The notes under the pieces are model-generated. The model had not been told where the DNA came from. It made no database searches and was given only the letters and a program-made list of their open reading frames with translations. The translations under genes and the position numbers were made by a program. This document shows positions 23,432 through 37,800 of a stretch of 64,000 bases of DNA, piece by piece; position 1 is the stretch's first letter, and each line of letters opens with the position of its first letter. The stretch is from a virus (lineage: Duplodnaviria > Caudoviricetes), in the IMG/VR virus record IMGVR_UViG_3300013383_000014, positions 101,724-165,723 of that record. The stretch is one strand, 5' to 3'.

Positions 23432-26400
23432 ATGGAAGAAAATAAGAGAAATGATTTTTTGGCAACTCTGGTTAAAAATCCAGATCTAAGTGTTGCGGAT
23501 TTAAAAGATAATAACATAACGCCGGATAACTCGTCTTTACTTTCTAAGGACGAGTATTTGTGTATAGAAGGAGTTAGGAATGCCGATGTTTTTAAAAACG
23601 ATGCAGGGCAATTTGATGAGAAAAAGTTTGACTCCTATTATAAAAATGCACAAATTCTTTATACTAATTTCGCCAACAATGAATTTTTGGAAAATATTTC
23701 CAATAATTTAACATACGGCGAGGACGAGTGGTTTGCCCCAAAAGATGCAATAAAAAGACCGCAAGCACCAATTATAGTTAGAAATCAAATACCGACAATT
23801 GATGCGCAAGGAATTGCTTATATAACAGAGACTACACAGGACGGATCAAATCTTAGTATTAGAGAGCAGGCACAACGTGAGAAGATTGTTGATTTTGAAA
23901 CTGGTGAGGAACTGGATTATTCTCCAAATGATAAAGCGGGTCTTTTTAGTCGGTACACACTCCCATCTTTAGTTGTAGCCCAATGGGATGAAGACGGCAC
24001 ACATATTGAAAACGGGGTAGAAATTCAACACAAAGCTGGAGACTTAAAATTAAATAAACGGGGGCGGCCATATTATGAAACGCTGGGAGATCGAGATATG
24101 TACAATAAAGATCTATTGCGCATGTCTGATGTACTTACGGTTGATGGGAGCACCTGAAATCAATTTGATTTTTTTGACTCTGACGATAAAGAAAAAAGTT
24201 TTGGAAAAACCGCATTAAATCTTGTTGCTAGAATTGCTCCAATGTTTATTCCCGGAGTTGGTGAAGTTTACGGATATATAACTATGGGAGAGGCCCTTTT
24301 GCGTGTACTACCAACTATTGGAAAGGCCACAAATCGGGCTCTTTTTGGGGGCAGTGATAAAGTTAACAATGTGCTCAATGCTTGGGAAAGTTATATGGGT
24401 AGGTTTGATCCTACTGCATCTGATTATGGTCGTGAGCATTTTGTTTCTTTTGAAAATCTCGGAAATATGATCGGAGATATTTCTGGTCAATTATTTCAGC
24501 AAAGAGCAATTGCAACAATTCCAGCTATTATAAAGAAAATGTCTGGCAGCACAAAGGATATTACGAATATTAGCCGGAATCTCTCGCTAGCTTACATGGC
24601 TGCTGCATCTACTTATGACTCCTACGGCGATGCAAAAAATGCTGGAATGTCAGATATGGCTGCTGGGTTGATGATGTGGGGCACAATGTTGGGAACATAC
24701 GGCTTGATGCATAGTGATTATTTTCGAGATAATTTCTGGAAAGACACTTTTATGGATGAAAGTGATTTGCGGGGCGCAGTTCGTGGTGCAGCAAAAGAAA
24801 CTGCTGACAAACTTGCCAGCGCAGCCCAAATAACAACTACTAAACAGGCAGCAACTTTTTTACAAAAAGCATCTAACTTTTATCAGAAGAACCTTTTAAA
24901 TGCGATGCAAAATAAAGGTGTTTCTGGAATTATTGCGAGGGGTCTTTCTGAGGGAACTGAGGAAGTTATGGAAGAGGCAACTGCTGACGCAGTTAAGGCA
25001 CTTTTTGCTGGAGCTAATGCACTAGGTATACCAATTGCAAAACATGACACAAAACTTGATTTTGGATGAAGTGGAGAGGACTTCACTACACGTTATCTTT
25101 CTTCTGCGTTTGGTGGTTTTATTGGAGGAATGGTTTTTGCTGGACAAAATCGTTATGAAAAGTGGCTAAGAAAATCTCTTTACAAATTACCAGATATAAA
25201 TCCAAATGATATGGAGCGTATTATCTACGGGATTGCATCTGGAAAACGTGGAGAGATAGATGCGTATTTAGATAAATGGTACAAAAAAGGACTTCTTGGA
25301 AACAAAAACCTCACAATTGACGGAAAGACAGAATTTGCGCCAGATGGATCTTCTGTTTTTGTCCCAGATGGAAAAGGTGTCGATCAAAACACGGCTGTTT
25401 ATGAAACTCTTAAAAATGCTCTTGACACAATAGAACAGGTGATTAACTCTGAAGTAGATGTTAAATATCTGACGCCTGAAGGGTTCGAGCAACTTACCTT
25501 ACTAGGATTTAATATTGATGAAATAAAGAAAAACCCAAACTTAATTGGAGCAAGTACTTTAGTTGCATTAAAAGACTATGGTTCTTATCAAAACGCTCTA
25601 TACAAAAATATTTCAGAGTTAGTTAAAACAAAAGTTGCGTTACAAGCAAGAATAAAGGAACTTAGTCAAACTAATGCAACTACTGAGGATGAGAAAAAAA
25701 CACAAGCAGATAATATTAAAAATGACAATGTTGTTAAAAATCTTCAAGAACAGTTAAAAGAGTTACGGAAGAAGAAGGACGATTTGTTTGCTGGTAAATA
25801 TAACAAATATTATAGTGGTCAAGCTTTTTTCGCTGCGAACAAGCCATTATATGAAAACTTTGTGTCACTAGATCAAAATACCTTTGTTAAGCTAAAATAC
25901 GGACGTAATTTTAACTCTTTTACAAAGGAACAACAGGACGATCTGATAGAAGAGTTCAAGAACTACTCTGACACAACCGGAAGAAATAATATATATAGAG
26001 CATACGATTTATATCTGGATTTATCGAAAAAATATACTGGTACAATTGAAGAGAATGCCAAAAAACTTGAAGATGCTTTAAAAAGAAACAGGCTCCCGAA
26101 AACCACTTACGGAATTAAAACTTTTGATGAATTATATAAACTTACAAATGAGTTAAAAGATATTTTAAATGTCGATGAAGCAAGTAGAACTCCGGAGCAG
26201 ATAAAACGTGCTTCTGAACTTGAAGTGGAAATTAATAAACTCGATGACGATGTAAAGCGAATAGTCGCAAATCCCAGTTTAGCAGATATTTCGACCGATG
26301 AAAATATTGATGTTTATACGGGAGGAACAAAAGGCGAGGTTCTGAAACTTTATGATGACAAATCTGCATTAACCGTAGCGCGCAGCTCGAATGCAACAGT

Positions 26401-29400
26401 TGATTCTGTCTTTAATGCAACTAAATTATATTTGGATGAACTTAGGAAACAATATAAACACGATGCTACTTCTGGGGATTTCAGATATAATGATGCTGCT
26501 TTAGAGTTATTTTTATCAAAAGTTGTTTCTTCTTTTAAAGAGAACGTAGGTGTTGATTATGGCTTTAATTCGTATTTTAGTAATATACAAGAAAACCCAC
26601 GTTATATGGATGGGGATGAGGAAACAAATGAATGGTTCAATTTTAAAAGTGACGTAATCAAAAAATTGGAAATAGATGAAAATAATCCAATTTGAACACA
26701 GGGAAGAATTGAAAACGGATCTGAAATAAAGCGATTGGCACAAGAGGTTTTAAATAATGTAGGAAAAAACAACGAAGCCGCAAATAATGCATACAACGCA
26801 TTACTTTCTGAAATTGGTAAAAGTTCTAGATTGCTGGAAGCTGGAAATGAAGAATATTTAAATGATTTTTTAAATTACATTTTACCAACAATTGACAGTA
26901 AAAATATACATGACATAATCACTGAGTTTGACGATTATCGTTCAAAAATCAATTACTCCGTTTTTGGTAAAATTGCACAAACAATTGGCACTGATTTAGT
27001 AAATACAAATCTTTTTGACTTAGTACAACAAGAATACCTACATTTAGCTAACTCAAATCAACTAGCTGATTATATTATTAATAGTCCAGCAATAAAAACA
27101 TCCTTTGCCAATGAAACAATTACACCAATTGTTAAAGCAATAAACGCAGTTATTTCTGGAGCGGCAGATGGAACAAATGCAGTTATTAATAATTTCAAAG
27201 AAGACGTTGATAACATGCCACATTTAGCAGAAATGTCTAAAGACACTGCCAAAATGATAGTGGCACAAGGAAATAATTTCCTTGAGCGAATTGCGTTTTT
27301 AAGAACTTTGTCTGAAAAAAACGGTAATAGGGCAGTTAAAAAACATAGAGACACTACAGTGAATATGCGTCCTAAGTTTTTAAACGCGGTACTAAATATT
27401 GCGGATTCAATAAATAAAGAACTCGGGATTGATATTAAATCGCTGTGAAATGGGCCAAATAATGTTAATGAATCTAATTATAAAGAATTTGAGCAAAAGT
27501 GCATCGAGTTTGAGCAAACTTTTTACAACGAAGTACAAAATAAATTTGGTGAAATTACTGATAAAGATAAACAAAAGAAGTTTGCAGAAAAACTTTTAAA
27601 TCTCGTAAACAAAGGAACTTTATTTAAAGCCGCATCCACAAAACTTTCCCAAAATGAGGATGAAGTTGTTAGTGAGCTTGATTTAATCTATTATTTAGCT
27701 ACAATTGGATCCGTACCAACGGAAAACTTTTATGCTGCATATAAGACGTTTTTGCCAGATAATCTATTACCAATACCTGGACATGAATTTACAATTAAGC
27801 AGGCTGTTGCACAGGCAATTAACCCGTATTTATTTAACTCGTTACTTGATGGAATTAAATCTAATGCAAATTATGATGGAATTTCTAACGTAGCTGTTAA
27901 ATATTTAAAAGCAAAACCAAATTTGCATAATCTTTCAACAATAATAGGAAGTGCCGGAACCGGTAAAACAGTTGGTGTGGTTGTCAATATAATTAAAGCA
28001 CTTACACATAATTTAGACTCCCAAATAATTTTCTTGGCCAAAGAACAAAACCAGGCCGACAGAATTATGGAAAATGCAAACGCGGGTATTGCTAAAACAA
28101 AAGCTGAGACGGTTGATGAGTATTGTACAAAAGTATTTGGGGAATCTATAAAAGATTATGAAGTAAATAAAGAAACTCACCATGTTGAATCTAAATCAAA
28201 CGTTACATCGGTTGCATCTGATTTTGATGAAACATCAAAATTAAAGTTACTTGTGATTGACGAGGTTGAGACTTTAACGGAGGCAGAACTTGAGAGAATT
28301 TGTGCGGACGCTGAGGATAATGGAATATTTGTTATTGGGGCCGGAGATCTTAAACAACCTCCGACTAATATTAATTTAGTTCCAACCGGAATTGAAGATT
28401 GCAATTTTATTAGAACACCTAGTTTATCTGTTTCTATGAGAGCTGGAGTGGCCGCCAAAGTAGAAAATGCAGACCTACTTGGAAACGCACTAGACGTTGT
28501 TTTAAACGCAGCGCAAACGAATCCTGAGCTTACTTTACGCGATAGAGATGCACTGATTGATGCAAATTTGAAGGGTGCCGAACTATATTATTACTACGAT
28601 TCAGATTCTGGTAAAATATATGGGGATATGCAAACAAATGACGATGTTGATTTTAATGAAAAAATTAAAAAAGTAATTGCACTTGATGGTGTTAAAATCG
28701 GAATTATTGTTGACTCAAGTAAAATTGCAGAATACAAAACAAAATATGATTTACCGGGAAAAGTTGATATTGTCCCATATGAGAAACGTGCTGGAGGAGA
28801 ATGGGATTATGTTTTTGTTGATGTGGATCTTAAATCTCACAACAAAAGCGTCGATGGAGTTAGTAAATATTTACTTACTCAGGACGTTTATACATTAACA
28901 CAACGTTCTAGATTAGGCACTCTTATAAAGAGTGGCGATTTAGATATGTTTACTTTTAAAAACGATCCTAACAAAGTAGACGAGGTTTCTATTCCTAAAA
29001 ATGAATCTGAAGAATTTAGAAAATGGCGTTTTGATTGTTTGGAAAATATAGCAGACGATGAAAATGCGCTAGATGCTACAGTTTTAGAATCTCCATTGGC
29101 TAACAAACCAGTAACTCCAAAATCTACGCCTACGCCAGAACCAACAAAACCAGTTGTAGGGTCAAAGCCTACTCCAGAGCCTATTATAACTTCTAAATCT
29201 GAACCAACAATTGAGTCGGTTTCAGAGCCAACAGTTGAACCAGTTGTAGGGCCAACATCTGAACCAGAAACAAGCGCTACTCCAATAGTTGAACCAGGTG
29301 AACCAACAGTTGCTACTGAGCTAGAAATAGTTGTTACAGAACCAAAAGTAGATGAATCTGAAGACAATATTAAAGAACTTTTATCAAATGTTAGAAATAC

Positions 29401-31816
29401 ATTTAAAGAACTGACCGACAAAAACTTTGACGATGTAACACTACGAGAGCTTATTGATTTTCTTGGAGCTAATAATTTAATTAGCTCAGAAGCGGCAGCT
29501 CAATTAAAATCTGAGTTCAACGATATAATGAGTGAAACTGTCGGAAAATCTCTTGGCCTAGAAAATAATGTTGTAACTAATGAACTAAATAAAGCACTAG
29601 AAACCACCACAGTAGAAGAAGTTGTAGAAAATCCTGAGGAAGTTATTAATGAAAATAAAAAACCAAAAGCAAGACAAACATTTTGTATGGCTGAATCTGA
29701 CAATGTTGACGGAGATGTTGACGAAAGATATAATGGTACCGAATTAGAGGAGGGCGATATTTATGATGCACTTGACATAGATCCTGATCTAAAAGATGTT
29801 GATGATATTGGTGTAGCGGTCGATCAATTATCTTCTGAATTTAGAAATGGATTATTTAGTGATAGTGATAGCATAAAGAACTTAGCAATTAGTGTTGGAC
29901 TTAAAAGAAAGTTATTGAAGTTTTCTTTTGATAAATATATGATATTACCATATAAAGAAAAAGGTGCACAACTAACTGCTCGATTTACAAACGGCGAAAA
30001 ATGATTTGATATACATCTTTTAGATATCGAAGATACGCTTAGTATTTTTGGGGAGTACACTGGTCCAATTAATTTTGTGAAAAAATTAAAATTAAGAAAA
30101 AATACTGGAAATTTTACCCCAGTTGATGATTTTGCTTTTGATAATAATGTACAAGTAAACAAACGAGTTGGAATTGTAGATGTTCCAGCAACCACTAAGT
30201 TTCCAATAGGAACCCTATCTTCAAGATCGAATAAATACGTCATGGAAAATATGGGAAAACCGATGGTAACGGTAACCGATGAACCTGCATTAGCGAAGCG
30301 TTATATGCAGTTGGGGTCTGCCGGGTATACTACTGAAAATGGAAACACAATACAGGCATACGATAAGTTTGTAGTTATGGGAGTACAATGCATTGCTTCC
30401 TTTGATCAATTTTTTGAATTAATAAACAAATACCGTGATCAGACTGGATGGAATAAAGATAACCCAAAAGTTAGATTTACTTCAAAAACTCCAAAAAATT
30501 CAAGTTATGAAAGCCCATATGTTTCTGGTTCTGAGGTTGTTGATGATATCAAATTTTTAAAAGACGAAAAAGGAAACATCAGACAGCTTCTTCCAAGAAT
30601 CAGAGCTGCCAAATTGATATCCGCTGCTTTATTAGATAGTAAGAGTGCACAATTCGCATTAAATTCATTAATGCATATTATGCAATCCGGAAATGCAAAA
30701 GTGGGTTATTTGGTGAATATCGAAGATATTAGTATAGGTTTATATAATGGAAAGTATGTTGTAGGAAACTACGACTCAGATATGAATTTTGTACCAAATC
30801 CAGCATACTCTATTTCAATTGATGCAAATACTGGTTTGTTTGATTTAAATCAGATTTTATCAGAAATGGGTTATGACTTAACGGAAAATGGTTTACCAAT
30901 AGTACACTATACTTATTATAGTAAGTATCCTGGGAAAGAGCTATTTGTTAGAGATGTGTCATCAAACTGAGAATTAGCTCATACTATCGGAGCAATTGAA
31001 AACCAATCTGAGATAAATAAATTTATTGAATTCCTAAAGAATACAGAGTTCCCAAATGGAGTTTATCTTGATGACCATGCAATTGGTAAAAATAGATCTA
31101 TCGAAAAATCAGTATACTCAACACTGGAAACTGGTGGCAGAACATACTATACAGACTATGAACTAGAACATGGGACCATATATAGTCTTGAGCTTGACGG
31201 AAATATTAAACCTATTGAGCCAAAATCTACTAATCAGGAAGTAGCTATTACGCCGGATGTTACAGAAACTACTGAAACTGCCATAGAACCTATGCGGCCA
31301 TTAACGCTACAGACATTTTTGAACGACAATCTACCTGGAATTTCCGCAACTAGTATTGAAGATGCAAATCGACAATTAAAAAACAAGGCGTCCGATTGAG
31401 TTTACAAACAAATAACATTTGATGGAACAAACTATACTATAACTGAAACAGATGATTTAAATATAAAGAGTTGATTAAAAGAAAGATGAAATATTGACTT
31501 AAATGGCAATGAGGAAGAAATACTCGATTTTGCAGATTTTGTTAGATCTCTTGAAAATAACGAAATAGAAAGTGAACTTGATGTAATAATATATAAAACA
31601 CAATCTGGTCAATTATTATTTAAAAAATATAATAATAAATTTAAATTGACCGAAGATATATTTTATATAGATGCATCTGAGAATATACATAATTATATAG
31701 CCTCCAAATTTTTCAACACTGTTTCTTTTGATCAAACCAAACTCTTTGATACAATTAAGAACAACTTTGAATTATCGCAAATTTTAATTAAATTTGAAGA
31801 TCAATTTGAATGTTAA
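23432..31816 (+). CDS. Giant putative virion protein with SF1 helicase-like domain (2794 aa)
   Basis: One frame across all TGA; Walker A GSAGTGKT (27947-27970), LLVIDE, GDLKQ, SMRA, GGEWDYV and YTLTQRSR motifs; EPT-rich linker. Confidence 0.85.
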
Positions 31817-31831
31817 ATTAAATAATTTTTT

Positions 31832-34800
31832 ATGCGTTGTAATTTTGTAAAAGACAAAGACATGATTAGAGCGCTTGCTATTTATGTTGGAACTGGTGGG
31901 AACGTAGATTCGTTCCTACCGGGAACCAACTTTAATGAAGAATTAGCAAAAGCGTTCAGTAACCCAGAAGATGCCAAAAATGCTTTACTAGAGCATTTTG
32001 GAAAACTAGATGAACCAAAACCAGAAATAGAACCTGTTGTGATTATTGATGGGGTTGGTAATTATAATAGAGACGAGTCCTCGGATAATATAGCTACTTA
32101 TTATGTTGGCGGTTCTGGGTTTATGAGAATGCAACAACGTTTTAAAAAGGATATATTAAAAAACTCTGTTTTGGATATTGATTTAAAAACGGGTAAATAC
32201 ACATTTGTTGACGCATTCGCTCAAGTTACTGGTGGAGTAACACAGTTGCAACAAAACATTTTGTTATATAAAAATAGTCTTATAAATATACTTGCTTCTG
32301 TTGATGATAAAATTATTAAAAACCAACTAACAGATTTAAATATTTCTAATGCTGATTATACAAACATTATAACAAATATTTTAACAGAATTTGAGAATTA
32401 TTTGAAAACGCATGACCAAGCAACTCTTGAAGTAAATGGAATTTATGATGCATATGTAATATTAAAAAATTTTGATAAACTTATTGAATCTAATACCCCG
32501 TTTATAAAAATAGATAAGAGTTTCAGAAATCAAAATCTTGAAGGCATCGCTAAATATTTATTTGATACAAACGTCAGTCATTATTCTGGATTTACTTCTG
32601 ACGATAGTGCTGATATTTCTCGACAAATTAGTGGTCTTGCAGAAACGCTTTTACAAATAATACCAGAAGTTGAATGGAATGGCAATGTACTTGAATCATC
32701 ACCAATTGGGAAGTCAGGATTTAATGGAGCAATGCAAACATTAAAAGAGGCATTGCTTTATACAAATGTACTTGGAGAAGAGATTGTTGATGGTCAAACG
32801 CTCGCATCTAAATTTAGAGAAACGTTTAATGCAGGAGCCGGTGCTTTGCTAAATTCTGAATACGGGCTCGCTGCAATGATTGATGCTTTTATCGAAGCAA
32901 ACCAAAAGACAAACGATTTAGCAATTAGTTCCTTTGATAGTTATAGGCAGCGTTACTTACATAATAAACTAAACGGAATAAAAACATATTTGCTTTCAAA
33001 GAACACACCAGAATACATAAAGAATATGTTTGTACAAATGTTTCTGAAAACAGAAGCGACATCTTATCGGGTTTATACATTTGACCCAGAAACAGAATCT
33101 TTTATGGGAAAGAATCTTGTTTCTAGAATGACACTAAACCAGAAATATGCTTTTCAAAGTGTTATTTCTAGTGGCCTTAAAATGATTGTAAATAGTACCC
33201 GGTCTTATGCTAGTAATATTGCAAATAAATATGATATTAATATAAAATCTAATGGAAGTAGTGAGCTTGTTACAATAACTAACAAGCAGATAAATAAATC
33301 TGTTATGATTTCTTATAATAGAAATAGTAATGGAATTATGGATATTTCTCAAACTAGCTCTGTTGTAAATGATGATAATGAAGTTGTGCAAGCATTTTTA
33401 CAAGATGTATATAATTATGTTATCCCAGATACATATGCAAACTGTGTAACTAACCTTGATAATTATGATTGAAGAAATGACTTTGCTCCATTTATCGTTC
33501 TTGCAGCAAAGCAAACAAACAAAAAACTTGGTAAAGAATATGGGGCTGATCCAGTAATAATTAATAGCAATAATGAAATTGATGTTTCTAAATTTAATAG
33601 AAACATACTCGCGGTTGCAGAAAGACTTGGTGTTATTTATGGAAATTCTATACGAAATACTGTTAAAAGTTTGAGTGGAAATAATTTACCATTATTCCAA
33701 TTAACTAGTCTCGAATATAATTGAAAGCAGTGTCTTGATGACGTTAGAAAACATCCGAATCCGTTTAATATGCAAACTTTTAATTTGCTGTATGATAACG
33801 AGGACTTAGTTGTTGCTCCACAAATTAGAAACGAGATTGATATTAATGGCAAAACAAAATCCCCAACACAATTGTCTGTTAATGAGTTAAATAAACTCGG
33901 AATTGTTGATGACTTCTTTTTTGAATACTTGCGCAATAAAGCGAACAAATCTGATGATGCTGTATTATATCTACAGAATGCAACATTCTCCGATAAATCA
34001 AAACAGTTCTTGCCTGGTTTTAAATTAAATCACTTGTTACACGGATATGCAATAGAAAGTGTTTATGGCAAAGCGGTCACCCTTGAGGATATTATTGATG
34101 ATATTATTAAAAACGGAGATGCCAAAATAACAAATGTTATTTATAATATTCGTAAAAACAAATATTTAGCCGCCGCTTCTAAACTTTTAAAAGATTATAA
34201 TGAAGTTTTTAATTTTGGTTTTGATATTGATGCGATCGAGTCTGGCAATATGCAAAAGTGTGTCAATGCGTTAAATGTACTTGATAAATGGATGTTCGAC
34301 TCCAAGCAAACAATAAAATCACTTGAGGATGCGTTTTATGCGAAGGGTGTTGATTTTAAAAGGGAATTTCATGCGTATCAGCCGAAAGTAAAAACGTTTG
34401 GAAAGGCAAGAGTAAATGAAACGATTTTGGCATATTGCAAAAATACAACCAGTTTAAAAGCCTGAAATGAATATGAAAATAAAATAAAAGGTGAGTTTGG
34501 AAACAACATTTCGTCACTTGCATTACATGGTTTTGATAGAAATACAAATACACAAATTGAAGCAATTTTAAAGTGAGCAAATGAAAATAATATTGATTTA
34601 AAGGAATACTACAATCCAATAACAAAGGAATTTAAATTCGTTAATAATGGCAATTTAAATAAAATTGCGGACGCATATTATTACATTGAGCAGTTACTAA
34701 CTAATGAATTTAACTCTCTTGAAATTGGGGAAATCTGGGCACACCCAAATAAAAATAATGATACTAAAAATTACGAGAAATACTCTATTGCGAATCGTTT

Positions 34801-37800
34801 AGCAAATCAAATAAAACGCTCGGTTATTTTTGGATCGACAATACACCCATTTGCTCAAAATATAAAAGATCAAAATGGATATTTTACTGGTGTGACAGAT
34901 CAGTTAGAGATTGCTGTTATTGATGATGAGGCCGGAGACATATATACAATTAATGGAGTTTCATCTACGGTTGATTCTCAGGATGGTTCAGGACATTGCA
35001 CCGCGCTTGAAGCGTACTTAGAAAACCAATCTTTAGTTGATGCTGCGGTTGGGGTAAATAAGAAAACAATTGTCCATGATATTGACCCAGAAACAGGAGT
35101 GCCACTTCTTCTTAAATGGGCTGTATATGCTTTAACAAATGATGTTAGACGAATGGGCTATGATTCAAAATCGAACGTTGAGTCGCTTGTTAAAAAAATG
35201 TATAGCAAACATAAATTTAATATAGATCTCAATCTAGATAAAGATTTTGATGAATATAAAAGAAATGGTGGACAGCTTTATACTAAAGATATAATTGCTG
35301 GTGGAGAACCAAAACTTGTTACAAAAATTATTAAAAACTCCGACGGCTCTTTTCAACGCGCATATGAAGACGGGACTTTAAGTAGAAAATACTATTGTAA
35401 CACACTTTATGAAATTGATCAATTGTTTGGTGGAGCTTGAACATATAATAAAAACGAGAAAGGCAAATTTATACCAAATGAAGAAAGTGTCTCACTACTC
35501 GCATCAGCGGCAATTAAATACAATTTACGAGACAAACAAGTTGCGTATGCAGTGAATACTAGTGCTTGTAAGGTTGGTGCTACAAACGTTAATTCTAGCG
35601 ACGTATTAAAAGATGAAAATGAGTTACGGACATTTAAAGTACACTCAAAATATGCTGGAGTTATGATGAATGCTGACCACGAGCTTGATATAGCGGAAGT
35701 TACTGAAATGTCACAGATGATTTCTGCGCTTATTGAGGATGGACATTATACTAAATTTGTAACCGATATTTACAAAAATATTGGTAATATTGCACTGAAT
35801 AATGATAAAATCAATAAAATTATTTCTATTGTTAAATCTAATGATCCAAACAAAAAACAGAAAATGATGGAAATAATTGGCAAATCATTAATTGCTAGTT
35901 TTAGCTCCGGAGCAAAAGATACTATTGGTTTAGCTCAAGCTTTTATTAAAAAAGCATCACAAGAGTTTCAACGAGCAAAATCGCGGGGCGAAGACTACGA
36001 ATTTACAATCCCGATTAGTGATCCAACAATTTATGGAGCATTTGTTTCAGATGTCGTCTCGTCTATTAATAAGGCCGGTATCCGTAGAAAATACGAGGGT
36101 TTTGCCGGAGTGCTGAATCCGTCATATAACATGGTTCAATACTACTCTGATGGAAATAGAAATATGCTATTTAGCGAATTTAATGATTATTGCCAAGAAC
36201 AATTAATGAAAGCCGGAATTAGCCCAGCGTTGATAACATCATCCTGAGTTAATTTTGCTAGAAATAATCCTATTATTAATGGAAAAGTCTCGCCGTTATT
36301 GAGGGAAATAAATAGAAATGAAATTGATTTTGAGGATACAGTTGTTATAATTAGGCCAGATCAAAGTATTATTAAATATTATATAAAAGACGCCCCAACA
36401 TATGAACTTGTAAAACACCAACTCGACTTTACCGGATGTTCACTTTATATAGATACAGCAGAAGCTAGAAATTTACGTGGCACTGGAACATACTTTAATG
36501 TTAGTGATGGGGCCGGAAACAAAATTGGAACATTCAATATATTTGATCTTGACTCCGTTAGAGCTGCACAATTCATAAATGAACTTGGAAATGATAGAAA
36601 ACTTAATGGAGATGCAACGCACGACTTTAAAGTAAATTTAATTAACAAAGTCCTAGCTGAAAATCCAAATGCTTACGGCGTGACGGATCTTGATAAATGT
36701 AACAATATTACACAAGATATACTTGAAATATTTGATGAAAAGGGAGAAATACCTTGACAAACTAGTTTTGGGGAAAATCTTGGACAGAAATATTTTGTTG
36801 ATAGTTATTATGTTCGTCCAGCAGAAATAATTGCAGGACGTTACCAAATGGAAAAACTTGGTTTAGGTAAAAACGACCATATTTATGATGTTACAGGTCC
36901 AGAGTTCTTCCTTAAAAAGCTTCAAACAACATACGGATTTCCAAAATTAAATGGGGATACTAGTGGCGCATATGATAAAATATTATACCATAATAGACAA
37001 CCAGTTTTAGTTAAAATCGATCCGGATACATTTTCTAAAAATAATTTAGAATTACTTGAAAATAATGATATTAATATCGTTGGAGAGGACATTAAAAATG
37101 GATCGGAAGTTGTTATAACTACAAATAATCCAGATAAATTTAAGTTTTCAACACTGACAGATAAAGTAAATAAATATTTATTAATAACAGTAGCGTCTGA
37201 AGAGGATTTTAATGAACTCTATGAATCGCAATATTTTGATGATGTATATAGAAATAATATAGATTTATATAATGAGGACGGCTTGTTTGATTTACTTTCA
37301 AATAATAACACACTTGTTTATAACGGAAATTATATAAATAAAAATCAATTTGATTTACTCAATTCCGACGAAAAATATAAAGTGCTTTTAGACAACGACA
37401 ATCTTCGTGTTAATAAGCAATTAGAAATTGCAGCTAAAACAAGATATGAAGCGTTTAAAAGGGGAATTGAGTTGATTGGAGCACGTATTCCAACTCAAGC
37501 AATGCAGTCATTTATGCCTTTCAGAGTGATTGCATTTTCAAATTGTGACGAAAATGCTGTTTATGTACCTGTTGCAAATACGGCAATTGAAGGCTCAGAC
37601 TATGATATTGATAAGCTCTATTTACTTGCGGCTTCAATTTTAAAGAACGGAACTGTTTCTGCGGGAAGTAGTTTACAGAAATATGTCGGATTCGATGTTG
37701 CATCAAAATTATATACTCCAAGAGGTAATAATATAGTAGCAGGTAACACTGGAGTTAAAGTAAATGGAACGTTGCTAACTACATTTACAGAGGATCCGAA

